Assembly (NCBI GenBank): GCA_027623675.1
Contig: JAQBVF010000031.1
Span: 1-40,278, forward strand
Source of the DNA: Chloroflexota bacterium
GTDB lineage: Bacteria > Chloroflexota > Dehalococcoidia > Lucifugimonadales > UBA3495
DNA length: 40,278 nucleotides
Direction: 5' to 3'
Shown: positions 1 through 9,334 of the stretch, piece after piece
Layout of the letters: every line of letters starts with the position of its first letter
Numbering within the stretch: the stretch's first letter is position 1
Made by a program: the position numbers and the translations under genes
Notes under the pieces: model-generated
Database searches by the model: none
Told to the model about the DNA's origin: nothing
The model's input: only the letters and a program-made list of their open reading frames with translations

Positions 1-108
1 CGTGGACGGACCGTACGAAGCGCTAGATTCATATTCATCAACGGTCAGCCAACGCGGGGCGGCGCCGGGGCAAGAGATAACACAGTTTCGTCCAGTTGGG
101 GGTTATTC

Positions 109-510
109 ATGTTGTGCAATTTCAAGGGATGTGCCAAGTGCAATGGAGACCTGGTGTTAGACGGCGATGAATGGCGCTGTTGGCAGTGCGGCGCCTACTA
201 CTACCCCAACGGACCGGTTATGGACCTGCCTTTGGAATCGAGGGAACCGGTTCTGGTTGGCGCAGACGACGATTTCGCTGCTGATCGTATGGTTAAGACC
301 CGCGCCAGCCGGCGCACCATGACCAACATCAACTCGGTGATCGTCGCCAAAGAGCGCAGCGAGAGGCGCTGGTGGTCCAAGAACCAGGACATCATCGCCC
401 GGCTTAAAGAGGGCTACAGCGTTCGCGACATCTCGGAGCAGGTCGGTAAAGGCCAACGCCAGATCCGCGGCGTCCAAGAGCGCCTCAAGGACATGTCCCT
501 GGCAGCCTAA
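109..510 (+). CDS. Hypothetical protein: N-terminal Zn-ribbon plus C-terminal HTH-like segment
   Basis: CAKC..CWQC Cys pairs; C-terminal IIARLKEGYSVRDISEQVGKGQRQI resembles a helix-turn-helix; GGGGG SD-like upstream. Confidence 0.65.
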   Translation: MLCNFKGCAKCNGDLVLDGDEWRCWQCGAYYYPNGPVMDLPLESREPVLVGADDDFAADRMVKTRASRRTMTNINSVIVAKERSERRWWSKNQDIIARLKEGYSVRDISEQVGKGQRQIRGVQERLKDMSLAA

Positions 511-665
511 CTTCCTTGGCATCCGTGGATGGGCGCGGCGGTCCTTCGGTGCGGCTGCCACTCTAGCGGACCGCCCGTAGCCTGTTTCAGCGAAGACCCA
601 GTCCTGGCAAAAGCCCAATCTTGATAAAGACCCGGCGGTAGTAGAACGATGAGGCACGGCACGCG

Positions 666-695
666 TCGGAATCACGGATCACCCGGTGATTCCGA
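666..695. other. Intergenic inverted repeat / hairpin
   Basis: TCGGAATCAC...GTGATTCCGA perfect 10-bp arms. Confidence 0.5.
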
Positions 696-740
696 TCCCG
701 CTAGTCCGCTTGGGTCCACAGAAAATAACACGATTCATAG

Positions 741-1202
741 ATGAACGAGAAGCAGATATTTCTTTCGAAAATAGACCTGTTCAAAGACCTGACGCCCTAC
801 GCTCTCGAGCGTTTGGCCGCTGAAACCAACCTGGTCTACTTTCCCGAAGCCCACCTGATCAGGAACACGGCAAGGTGCCAGACCGATGATAGCTCCGACA
901 TCGATGGGCTATATATCATTAAGTCAGGCGCCGCCAAGGTAACCACTGCTTCGGAGAGTGGCGAGGTAGAAGCGGTGATCGCGATTCTCAAGAAGGGTAA
1001 TTGGTTTGGCGAGATCGGCCTGATTGATGGCTTGCCTCCGTCGGCCAACGTGGTTTCCATGAACACCATGGAATGCTTCTTCCTGCCGCGCCGCGCATTT
1101 CTGGCCGCATTGAAAGAGAACCCCGAGATCGCCGTAAGCATGCTTCCCGGACTTGGCAACATGGTCCGGTCAGCCGACCAGTGGATATCTCAATTGCTCT
1201 AG
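741..1202 (+). CDS. Stand-alone cyclic-nucleotide-binding (Crp-type sensor) domain protein
   Basis: LYIIKSG, GNWFGEIGLI, SANV motifs; no C-terminal HTH. Confidence 0.85.
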   Translation: MNEKQIFLSKIDLFKDLTPYALERLAAETNLVYFPEAHLIRNTARCQTDDSSDIDGLYIIKSGAAKVTTASESGEVEAVIAILKKGNWFGEIGLIDGLPPSANVVSMNTMECFFLPRRAFLAALKENPEIAVSMLPGLGNMVRSADQWISQLL

Positions 1203-1640
1203 CGGCGGTCTGACCAATCTGACTATCACCTGACTATCTCCAGTCGGGTTCGGCATGGCGTCATCATCGGCGTAATTGGAAATGCGCCGGCCATGACCGG
1301 TAATCCACAACACTTCTCCAAAATCACTGTTCTAGCCGAGGCGCATCCATCGGTCCGCCGGTGGATGCAGCCAACCAAGCAGCTCCGCATCAGCAGATAT
1401 CGCTCCTCCCTTGGTTCCAACCGGGGCATTTGCCATTTTTCCCATGCCCGATGGCCGCTGGCGTAATACCCAGCTGCCTGAGTACAACCTAATAGATAAC
1501 CTATCGACCGACCGAGGTCGCCGATCCGGTTAATGGCAAAGCGCGGCGGTCACGTTATGTATAAAGGCAGTACATTCATTACATTTCGTGTCTCCAGGCA
1601 ACTCAGTTTTGCGAATGCCGACCATGATGGGAATAATGTA

Positions 1641-1669
1641 TTGACGACGTGAATAAGTACATCTATACT
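1641..1669 (+). promoter_or_regulatory. Sigma70-type promoter of the receiver gene
   Basis: TTGACG-17bp-TATACT. Confidence 0.65.
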
Positions 1670-1750
1670 CTAACGCATTCTGGGGCATCAGAGAGCATTC
1701 GACTGAGTGCCGACACAGCATGATGTCGCTGCTATTGCGACCGATGGAAG

Positions 1751-2224
1751 ATGGAGCTGTTCATGTACAAGCCTCACGTGCTGGTGGTTGACGATCAAAA
1801 AAGTGCACGAATCACCCTTCGCGTGCTCATCGAGGACCTGGGAGCGATCGTCTCTACCTTTGAGGATGGCTATCAAGCCATAGAGGGGGCCAGGGAAAGT
1901 TCCTTCGACCTGGCGTTCATCGACATCGAGATGCCGGGCATAAATGGCGTTCAAACCCTTCGGGAACTGATGAAACTGCGCCCTGGCACGGTCGCGGTCA
2001 TGGTAACGGGTTATGGGGAGGCAAGGTTGGTGAAGGAGGCGCTGAACGAGGGAGCCGTGGCAGTGCTGCTCAAACCCTACGATACCCGAGAGATCGCCTC
2101 CTTAGTGGACAAAGTCAGTCGACGGCCGGTGAAGTTCGAAAGCTGTGGTCAGCAGTCGGCCGCCGGACCAGGCTGGGCGCTGAATCTAGCCGACGTGATT
2201 ACCCAGCGGGAACGCACGGCGTGA
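1751..2224 (+). CDS. Single-domain response regulator (receiver)
   Basis: VLVVDD, FIDIEMP (phospho-Asp), MVTG, LKP; start could be 1763. Confidence 0.9.
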   Translation: MELFMYKPHVLVVDDQKSARITLRVLIEDLGAIVSTFEDGYQAIEGARESSFDLAFIDIEMPGINGVQTLRELMKLRPGTVAVMVTGYGEARLVKEALNEGAVAVLLKPYDTREIASLVDKVSRRPVKFESCGQQSAAGPGWALNLADVITQRERTA

Positions 2225-2457
2225 TCCATCCAATGATTGTGACAAACATGGGACAATCCCGGGCGGCTCAGACGGGGAACGAGGCGGAGAGAATGATTGC
2301 TCCGTGTTCGAGTGCGGCCCGTGAAGCAAGCGGGATGGCCAACGACTACGGAACCGGCGATGCCGAAAGCTTTCAGGGACACATAGAGGTGATGGCCCGA
2401 TTGCTGGAACTGGTATCTCAGCCAGGCCAACTCGACCACCTTAGCCGGTTTCCGTGA
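2221..2457 (+). CDS. Small hypothetical protein (uncertain)
   Basis: GTGA overlap with the receiver stop; no recognisable motif. Confidence 0.25.
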   Translation: MIHPMIVTNMGQSRAAQTGNEAERMIAPCSSAAREASGMANDYGTGDAESFQGHIEVMARLLELVSQPGQLDHLSRFP

Positions 2458-2592
2458 TCAATGAAGGACATCGGTCAAAAGTAGAGGGAGCCGTGGGGTT
2501 GCCGGAGAAACCGATTAAGTGTTCGCGCAGAATAACCTGATCGAAAATGGCAGCGGGACCAGCCCGGAGGTTTACGGGGAGCACTAGAGGGT

Positions 2593-3003
2593 CTAGCGCC
2601 GGTTCGACTTCAGACCCTCTAGGATGTCTTCTACCACTTTTTCAATCAGTGGATGGTAGTTGGAGGGAGCATCTGCGATCCTGCGGTACACCCGACCGGC
2701 GGCGTCAGACGATTGGCCGTATCCGGCTGGGGCTTCCGACACGCCGCGAGGGGAGTCTGATTGGGGAACGTTTTCCTGTTCAAGGTCCCCTTCTTCAAGG
2801 GTGAGAAACCATCGAATTGGCTTGTTGTAAAGTTCACACACCTTGTCCAAAAGATGATCGGGAATCGCACGCTGCGAGCGCTCCCAACGGTGGACCGTCA
2901 TCCAGGAAACACCGATCCGCTCGGCGACCGCTTCCTGGCTCAGCCCGGTTTCATTTCGGGCTCGGCGGAGGCGTCCACCAAGGCCCGGGATGCTAATTCT
3001 CAT
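2593..3003 (-). CDS. XRE-family HTH transcriptional regulator
   Basis: LRRARNETGLSQEAVAERIGVSWMTVHRWERS is a typical HTH_3 pattern. Confidence 0.9.
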   Translation of the reverse strand: MRISIPGLGGRLRRARNETGLSQEAVAERIGVSWMTVHRWERSQRAIPDHLLDKVCELYNKPIRWFLTLEEGDLEQENVPQSDSPRGVSEAPAGYGQSSDAAGRVYRRIADAPSNYHPLIEKVVEDILEGLKSNRR

Positions 3004-3355
3004 ATCAATTCCAAAAAATATTCGTGTGCCTCAACGATTGTCGCAAAGCTTGCTAACTACTCCCATATCCACACCGGTAAGTCCATGGACCGCAGAACGC
3101 TGAAACTCATCATTTAAGCTTAATCCTGAGACCATATACAGTCATTTATATGAAATGTGTATGAACTTGTTGCGCCCATAACGGTTAGCGGCAAGCCCAC
3201 CTGCGACGGGGCCATTCGTGCTTGGGCCTTGGTGGCGATTCCGGTCTTCGCAGGCTACCTGAATTGTGCTTGATTAACGGGGTGATAACCGGAATATATC
3301 GATATAGACACGCAATACTTTCGTATGGAACGAGCAGTGTTCCTGTACTTGGCCG

Positions 3356-3432
3356 CCAGCATTCCCCCAGCATTCCCCCAGCATTCCCCCAGCATTCCCC
3401 CAGCATTCCCCCAGCATTCCCCCAGCATTCCC
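3356..3432. repeat. Perfect tandem repeat (CCAGCATTCCC) x7
   Basis: Seven identical 11-bp units, no spacers. Confidence 0.97.
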
Positions 3433-3614
3433 ATGGAGAAGCGACGGCCTGATTATTGAGGTCTGGGCAGGCCGCGATTAAACTCCATCTTGAGCCGAAT
3501 ACCGTTTCCCCCGAGTGCACGCTTGATCGGCCCGCAATTTTATGGAAATTGCGGAGAATACCGAAATTAAAGTTATGGTGAAGCGGGCTTCTACCGCGGC
3601 GCAAAGGTGGCGCA

Positions 3615-4688
3615 TTGGTTGATCTAGACGATCTAAATACATTTAAGAGACTGGACCCTTCCGGTTTGCACCTAAGGCTGCAAGGTTTGCCCGGTCAGTG
3701 CAGCCAGGCCTGGCGGGAAGCGAAAAGCCTCCAGGCGCCAGTTGCGTGGCGGCAGTGCCGTGAGGTGATTGTCGCCGGCATGGGCGGCTCGGCCATCGCG
3801 GGGAATCTGGCCGCCGACCTCGCCGGCCTGTCATCTCCCACGTCGATCAGGGTGGTCCGCGACTTTGAGATCTCGGGGATGACCGGCGGCCCAGATCCCA
3901 AGTCAGGTCAACTATTGGTCGTCTGCAGCTTTTCGGGTGAGACCGAGGAAACCCTCGCCATGTTTCACCAGGCACGGAATACCGGAGTGGCCATGGCCGT
4001 CATCACGAGTGGCGGAACTTTGGGGCGGCTGGCGATGGAGGCCGGGGTGCCGGTGATGCCCGTGGATGCGCCAGGCGAGCCTCGCAGCGCCGTCGGCTAC
4101 AACCTGATGTTGCTGGCCTCGCTCCTTGATAGGACCGGGGCGGTCAGCATCACCGACGAGGAAGTTGACGAGGCGGTGGCAGCCGCCTCATTAATGGTGT
4201 CTCAAGTGGGGATCGAGACCCCGGCGGACCGGAACCCGGCCAAGCGGCTGGCGGCAGACCTTTTGGGCGGCCTGACCCTCGTTTACGGCGGAGGCATCTT
4301 CTCCGGTATGGCTCTCCGGTGGAAATCCCAGATCAACGAGAACGGCAAGTCCTGGGCCTTCGCCGAGCTTCTTCCGGAACTGCTGCACAATTCGGTGGAG
4401 AGCTTCTCCGGTGGTCCTGAGATAGGGCAGCGGACCACCGCCCTGCTGCTCAAGCCGTACCTGGCGGCGCCCCCATTAGAACTTCGGTACCGGGCGTTGG
4501 GCGAGACTCTCACCGGCGCGGGAATCAAGAACCGGACCTTCACCGGAGTCGAGGGCGGCCCATTGGCCCAATCGCTGTCCATGATCGTCTTGGGCGATTA
4601 TCTGAGTTACTACATGGGGCTGCTCAACGGCATCAACCCATCCGACACCCCCGGCATCGATCTTTCCAAACAGCGGATGACGGAGTAG
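3615..4688 (+). CDS. Bifunctional phosphoglucose/phosphomannose isomerase (SIS)
   Basis: GMGGSAI, CSFSGETEET, GEPRSA, RWKSQINENGK, PELLHN motifs; TTG start. Confidence 0.92.
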   Translation: MVDLDDLNTFKRLDPSGLHLRLQGLPGQCSQAWREAKSLQAPVAWRQCREVIVAGMGGSAIAGNLAADLAGLSSPTSIRVVRDFEISGMTGGPDPKSGQLLVVCSFSGETEETLAMFHQARNTGVAMAVITSGGTLGRLAMEAGVPVMPVDAPGEPRSAVGYNLMLLASLLDRTGAVSITDEEVDEAVAAASLMVSQVGIETPADRNPAKRLAADLLGGLTLVYGGGIFSGMALRWKSQINENGKSWAFAELLPELLHNSVESFSGGPEIGQRTTALLLKPYLAAPPLELRYRALGETLTGAGIKNRTFTGVEGGPLAQSLSMIVLGDYLSYYMGLLNGINPSDTPGIDLSKQRMTE

Positions 4689-4765
4689 GACCCCGCAGAC
4701 TGGTCTACCCGCAGCCCGATCGACCAACGACAGATAGATTCCGATGGCGGCTGCCCTCAGGCGTG

Positions 4766-4794
4766 TTGACATTGAGTGTACCGTGGGTCAAAAT
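4766..4794 (+). promoter_or_regulatory. Sigma70-type promoter of the RdhA-like gene
   Basis: TTGACA-17bp-CAAAAT, followed by AAGGAG SD. Confidence 0.6.
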
Positions 4795-4835
4795 CCCCGG
4801 TAAGTGCCGCTACAGGCAGGTAAGGAGTTAGACCA

Positions 4836-6116
4836 ATGTTGAAAGTAGGTCACGTAGTGGTCCGGCCCGGCAGAAAGGCCGGCATGGATCCCGTTGAGAT
4901 TCCGGTGCCCGAGGAGCTGGAAACGGTTCCTGGTATTCCTATGGTCAGCAAGGACATTGATTTCTACAGCCGAGAGTACCCGCTGCTTCGTCAACAGGTT
5001 GAGCACGGTGCGGATACGGAATGGGCGCCGAGCGTCGGCACCCCGGCCATGCAGGCCTACCACCACGAGCACCAAGCCGTGATGGAGGAGTTCTACCCCA
5101 GCATGAACCGCACCGGTGATCTGCAGCCGACCGGCACCCCCTCGGGTAAGGACGTCACCCAGTTGATTCGCGACAAAGCCGTGGAGATGGGATTCCTGGA
5201 TGTCGGCTTTACCGATCACGACCCGCGGTTCGTCTACCAAGACCGCAAAGACCACGTTAAGTATCCCAACGCCGTCTGTTTGGCCTTGGAGCAAGACTTC
5301 GCGGACACTCAGACCGCCCCAAGCATGGCCGCCGAGCACGGCCACTACGGGACCTATGAGATTCAAGCGCCCATGGGTCTGCGGATGGTCGACTACATCC
5401 TGTCCCTGGGCTACCACGCACAGCTGCATGGGCCCAGCAACCACAGCGCCGCGACCATTCCCATGTTCGTTGCCGCCGGAATGGGCCAATTGGGAGCGAA
5501 TGGCCAGTTGCTCACTCCCCACGCCGGCGCCCGCTGCCGGTTGCAGATAATCACCACCGACGCCCCGGTGACCTTCGACAAACCCGTCGACTACGGGCTT
5601 CACGCCTTCTGTCAGGTCTGTCAGGTCTGCGTCAACCGTTGCCCCGGCCGCGCCCTGATGCGCGAGAAGATCTGGTGGCGTGGCGTTGAGAAGAACAAAC
5701 TGATCTACAAGCGCTGCCGCCCGGTCATGTCCCGCTACGAAGGTTGCGCCATCTGCATGAAGGTCTGCCCCATCAACAAGTACGGGGCCAAGGCTGTCAT
5801 GGAACACTACGTCGAGACCGGCCAGGTGCTGGGGAAAGGCACCCATGATCTGGAGGGTTTCACCCTGCACGAGGAGAGCACGGGCAAGTACGCCACCGGC
5901 TACTACGGCCCCGGCGAGCTGCCCACGTTCGACGCCAACTTCTTCAAGATTCCCCAGGGCACACGGGAAGGAGCGGCTTTGGACGAGCTGATCGAGTACA
6001 TGTCCAAGAGCAACGATGGTCTGAACAAGGAAGAAGACAACAAGAAATTGTTCGACTTCCGTGACCGGCTTCGGGTCATCCTCCATGGTGAGGTCAGCGA
6101 CAGCACCATGTTCTAG
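4836..6116 (+). CDS. Reductive dehalogenase / QueG-superfamily 2x[4Fe-4S] protein without Tat signal
   Basis: AAGMGQLGANGQLLTPHAGARCRLQIITTDAP, FCQVCQVCVNRCP and C-x9-CAICMKVCP motifs. Confidence 0.8.
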   Translation: MLKVGHVVVRPGRKAGMDPVEIPVPEELETVPGIPMVSKDIDFYSREYPLLRQQVEHGADTEWAPSVGTPAMQAYHHEHQAVMEEFYPSMNRTGDLQPTGTPSGKDVTQLIRDKAVEMGFLDVGFTDHDPRFVYQDRKDHVKYPNAVCLALEQDFADTQTAPSMAAEHGHYGTYEIQAPMGLRMVDYILSLGYHAQLHGPSNHSAATIPMFVAAGMGQLGANGQLLTPHAGARCRLQIITTDAPVTFDKPVDYGLHAFCQVCQVCVNRCPGRALMREKIWWRGVEKNKLIYKRCRPVMSRYEGCAICMKVCPINKYGAKAVMEHYVETGQVLGKGTHDLEGFTLHEESTGKYATGYYGPGELPTFDANFFKIPQGTREGAALDELIEYMSKSNDGLNKEEDNKKLFDFRDRLRVILHGEVSDSTMF

Positions 6117-6147
6117 GCTTCCAGGCCTGGGTACACCGCGCGTACAC

Positions 6148-6185
6148 GATAGGAGCGAGACTGGTTCTCGCTCCTATCTTTGTTT
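6148..6185 (+). terminator. Intrinsic terminator
   Basis: 13-bp stem GATAGGAGCGAGA/TCTCGCTCCTATC followed by TTTGTTT. Confidence 0.85.
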
Positions 6186-6310
6186 GCGGCTGGGGCCAAA
6201 AGGCATCTAGCGACGCCCTTGGGCGCCTATGGACAATCATCGGCCGCAGATTGTACCGTGGCCTAGTCTGACGGGCACCCACAGAAATCTCGCGCCGAAC
6301 GGAGTTGGCC

Positions 6311-6931
6311 ATGGCTGAAGAATGGACCGCCGAAGGAGAGCTTTTCGAGGGCTGCAATTGCAACCTGCTCTGCCCTTGCCATGTGTCGTTCCGGCAGCCC
6401 GCCACCTACCCCATCTGCGACGCCATTTGGGCATTGAACATAGAGCGGGGCCGCTACGGCGATGTTGATCTGGCCGGCCTGAACGCCGCGATCTTCGTGC
6501 ACTGCCCCGGCCCCACCATGGCCGACGCCGATTGGACGGCCGTGCAGTACGTGGACGACCGGTCGACGCCAGAGCAAGACGAGGCCCTGCGGATGATCTT
6601 TTCGGGTGACGCCGGCGGGCCTTGGCAGATACTTTCTCAGTTCTACCGGGACGGCAGATATCTGGCGATCAAACGGACGCCACTGGAAATCACCATCGAC
6701 GAGCGGACCAAGACCGTGAATGCTCCTGACCGGCTATTTATGGAAGTGCAGGCGATCCGGGGTGCCGACCAGGAAGGCGTGGCTACCATCACGAACCTGA
6801 GGAACGTGATCCACGGACCGGAACGGCACGTACTGGCCCGTTCCAACATCAAGGTTGATGACGAAGGCATGAACTGGGATTACCAGGCCAAACATGGGCT
6901 GTACAGCCGGTTCAAATGGTCGGGGTCTTAG
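6311..6931 (+). CDS. DUF1326-family protein
   Basis: W..EGELFEGCNCNLLCPC motif, G.YGDVDL.GL, IFSG.AGGP; GGAG SD before ATG 6311. Confidence 0.85.
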   Translation: MAEEWTAEGELFEGCNCNLLCPCHVSFRQPATYPICDAIWALNIERGRYGDVDLAGLNAAIFVHCPGPTMADADWTAVQYVDDRSTPEQDEALRMIFSGDAGGPWQILSQFYRDGRYLAIKRTPLEITIDERTKTVNAPDRLFMEVQAIRGADQEGVATITNLRNVIHGPERHVLARSNIKVDDEGMNWDYQAKHGLYSRFKWSGS

Positions 6932-7077
6932 TGGGCGGGAATCTCGTCCAGATGTAGGACGCTTTCTTTCTTGATCAGCCGGACCTGCTCGCGTCGGTGC
7001 GATACCGTGATTCCGGCCGGTGGGCCGCCATCCACCACGATCAGGGCGGTTAAGCGCCGGCTGGTCTAACTCGCCGG

Positions 7078-7911
7078 CTAAATGCCTTGCCAGAACCGGC
7101 GCCCTTGCTCGCGCACGATCCGGCCGAAGCCCGGGCGGGCCAGGTGGACCGCGGCCACAGGGATGCCCTCACGCTCCAGACGGTCCATCAACTCGCGGCG
7201 CGTGATCCGTGTCTGTACCGGGTCGATATCGGCCCGCGATACCCAATCGGTGTTCTCGATCTGGGCAGTGTTGTGCAGCACGTCGCCAAGCACCAGCCCA
7301 TTCTCTCCCTGGGACGAGATCATTAGACTCATGTGGCCTGGGGTATGACCCGGAGTGGCGATGGCGGATATCTCGCCGGTGATCTGGTGCCCTGCCTCCA
7401 TCAATTCAAGCACCCCCAAATCTTCCAAAGGCCAGACGCACTCGGGTGCGTTGGGGAAGCGGGCTTGGATCAGCGCCGGGTCGTGGCAGGCCTCCCAGTC
7501 TCTGGCGCTCACCAGGTACTTGGCATTGGGGAAGGTTGGGGTGTACTTGCCGTCCTGATTAATCAGGTTCCAGCCCACGTGGTCGCGGTGGGCGTGGGTC
7601 ATCACCACCATGTCCACATCTTCAGGCCGGACGCCGTGGGCTTTGAAGTCGTCCAACAACTCGCCCCAGGGCGTCTCAGGAGTCTGCTTGGGACCCAATC
7701 CGGTATCGACGGCGATGGTGTGGCCATCAGATTTGATCAGGAAGCAGGCTAGGTTGAAGCTAACGCCGTGTGAAGCCGACAGGTGCGCTTCCTGTCCCTT
7801 CCAGTCGTCCTCGGGGATGTCGGGGAAGAAATTGCAGAGGTCGAACTCCAGAAGTCCGTCCGACAGTGATGTGATCTCCACGTTACCGATGGTCAGCTTA
7901 TCGTTTGGCAA
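7078..7911 (-). CDS. MBL-fold metallo-hydrolase
   Basis: THAHRDHVG, TPGHTPGH, LGD motifs; start moved to TTG 7911 behind a GAGGAG SD. Confidence 0.9.
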   Translation of the reverse strand: MPNDKLTIGNVEITSLSDGLLEFDLCNFFPDIPEDDWKGQEAHLSASHGVSFNLACFLIKSDGHTIAVDTGLGPKQTPETPWGELLDDFKAHGVRPEDVDMVVMTHAHRDHVGWNLINQDGKYTPTFPNAKYLVSARDWEACHDPALIQARFPNAPECVWPLEDLGVLELMEAGHQITGEISAIATPGHTPGHMSLMISSQGENGLVLGDVLHNTAQIENTDWVSRADIDPVQTRITRRELMDRLEREGIPVAAVHLARPGFGRIVREQGRRFWQGI

Positions 7912-7960
7912 TTCGACACTCCTCATACGGTGGTTGGCTTGGGGCAGGTCTGACCGGCAG

Positions 7961-7990
7961 ATTATAGGCGGGGCCGCGATGATGAGGCAA
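7961..7990 (-). promoter_or_regulatory. Putative promoter of the MBL gene
   Basis: TTGCCT-18bp-TATAAT on the minus strand. Confidence 0.5.
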
Positions 7991-8069
7991 TCGGCATGGC
8001 GGACCGGGCAGAACGGCGGTGGCCGCGGGTCCAAACTTGATGATGTTGGAGCCCGCTCAGACCGGCGGT

Positions 8070-9293
8070 CTAAAGCCCCTTTGGGGCCTCTTCCCGGTGG
8101 TCAGCGGCCAGTTGGCCCTCTTTGAATACCATGTGAAGCTTTCGCAGGTTCTCGATATCATCCAGGGGGTTGCCGCCGACCACGATCAGGTCGGCCAGCT
8201 TGCCCGGTTCCACGGTGCCAAGCTCCGGCCCAACGCCGCACATCTCAGCGGCATTCTTGGTGGCGGCGGTCAGCGCCTGCCAGGTGGTCGCGCCGCACTT
8301 GACCCACAGGCCCAGTTCCAGCAGCGCCGAATCCTTCATGGGCGAGATGTCCGATCCCAAGGCCATCTTCACCCCGGCGGATAACGCCTTCTGGAATGAA
8401 GCGCGGTGTTCCGCGGCCGCCGCATCAGCCCGCACCACCAGGTCCGGGGCAAGCTGCTTTCGGGCGGCGTAAGTCTTCTCGGCTTCGGTTGTCGCCAGGT
8501 TGGGGGACAGTTGACTGATGCTGAGGGTGGGCACGTACCAGGTCCCGCTACTCACGAAGTCGGTGATGCACTCCTCGTCGGTGATGTAGGCGTGCTCCAC
8601 GCTGTGCGCGCCCAGCTTGATGGCCATCTTGACCGCCTCGGGGTTGGTGGCGTGGGCCATGACCGGGAAGTTCCGCTGCCGGCACAGGGCGAACGCCGTC
8701 TCGATCTCCTCGGGCAGCAGGAACGATTCGGTGTGGCGGTCCCACCGGGGTCCCATGATTCCGCCCGACAGGTTCAGCTTGATGTGGTCAACGTCGTGTT
8801 TCATCTGGTCGCGGATGGCTTCGGCGTAACCATAGGGACCGTCGCATTCACGGGCGTGGCCAGAGGTCAGAAAATGGCCGCCGGTGGTGGTCAAGAAATT
8901 GCCGCAGGCGAAAACCCTCGGCCCCAGCGGCCCCGGACCCTGGAAGGCCCGCCGCCAGGCAACGTCCATGAAATGCCCCGCGCCGCCGCTGCGGACCGCC
9001 GTTACCCCGGCCTCGGTCAGGCCTCGTTGCAAGTTCTGGCCGAAAGCGGCGGTGAGCTGGGCAACGGTGGTCCCGGCCGGATTGGGGTGTTCGGGGTGGA
9101 TGTGTACGTCCCACAACCCCGGCAGTAGATAAGCACCCTTCAGGTCGATCAACCGGTCTCCCGACGCGCTGGTTGGCGGACCGCCGTCCCGCACTTCCAT
9201 GATGCGCCCGCCCTCGATCACCACCGTGGCGTGGGACTTGGGTTCCGGGTCTACGCAGTCAATCACGTTGCAGTTGGTCAGTATCAGGCGCAT
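8070..9293 (-). CDS. Metal-dependent amidohydrolase (prolidase-like subgroup)
   Basis: PGLWDVHIH, HIKL, MAHA, VEHA, GSD ligands; GTVEPGKLADL. Confidence 0.9.
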   Translation of the reverse strand: MRLILTNCNVIDCVDPEPKSHATVVIEGGRIMEVRDGGPPTSASGDRLIDLKGAYLLPGLWDVHIHPEHPNPAGTTVAQLTAAFGQNLQRGLTEAGVTAVRSGGAGHFMDVAWRRAFQGPGPLGPRVFACGNFLTTTGGHFLTSGHARECDGPYGYAEAIRDQMKHDVDHIKLNLSGGIMGPRWDRHTESFLLPEEIETAFALCRQRNFPVMAHATNPEAVKMAIKLGAHSVEHAYITDEECITDFVSSGTWYVPTLSISQLSPNLATTEAEKTYAARKQLAPDLVVRADAAAAEHRASFQKALSAGVKMALGSDISPMKDSALLELGLWVKCGATTWQALTAATKNAAEMCGVGPELGTVEPGKLADLIVVGGNPLDDIENLRKLHMVFKEGQLAADHREEAPKGL

Positions 9294-9334
9294 GGGAAAA
9301 TCTCCGTTGTCGTTCTGTATCCGGTCGCCCCGCG

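Noticed and set aside
1226..1721. Small ORFs 1226-1429(-) and 1530-1721(-)
   Set aside because: No motifs or SD; region better explained as intergenic/promoter DNA
3356..3432. CRISPR array
   Set aside because: 11-bp units are contiguous with no spacers, and no cas genes are present
2593..3500. Prophage immunity region around the XRE gene
   Set aside because: No integrase, Cro-like partner or phage genes nearby
3185..3604. ORFs 3185-3604(-) and 3222-3452(+)
   Set aside because: Their repetitive peptides simply translate the tandem repeat; no SD or recognisable domain
4788..6086. Long antisense ORFs (also 12950-13930, 18956-20110, 29188-30525)
   Set aside because: Shadow frames of well-supported genes, expected in GC-rich DNA
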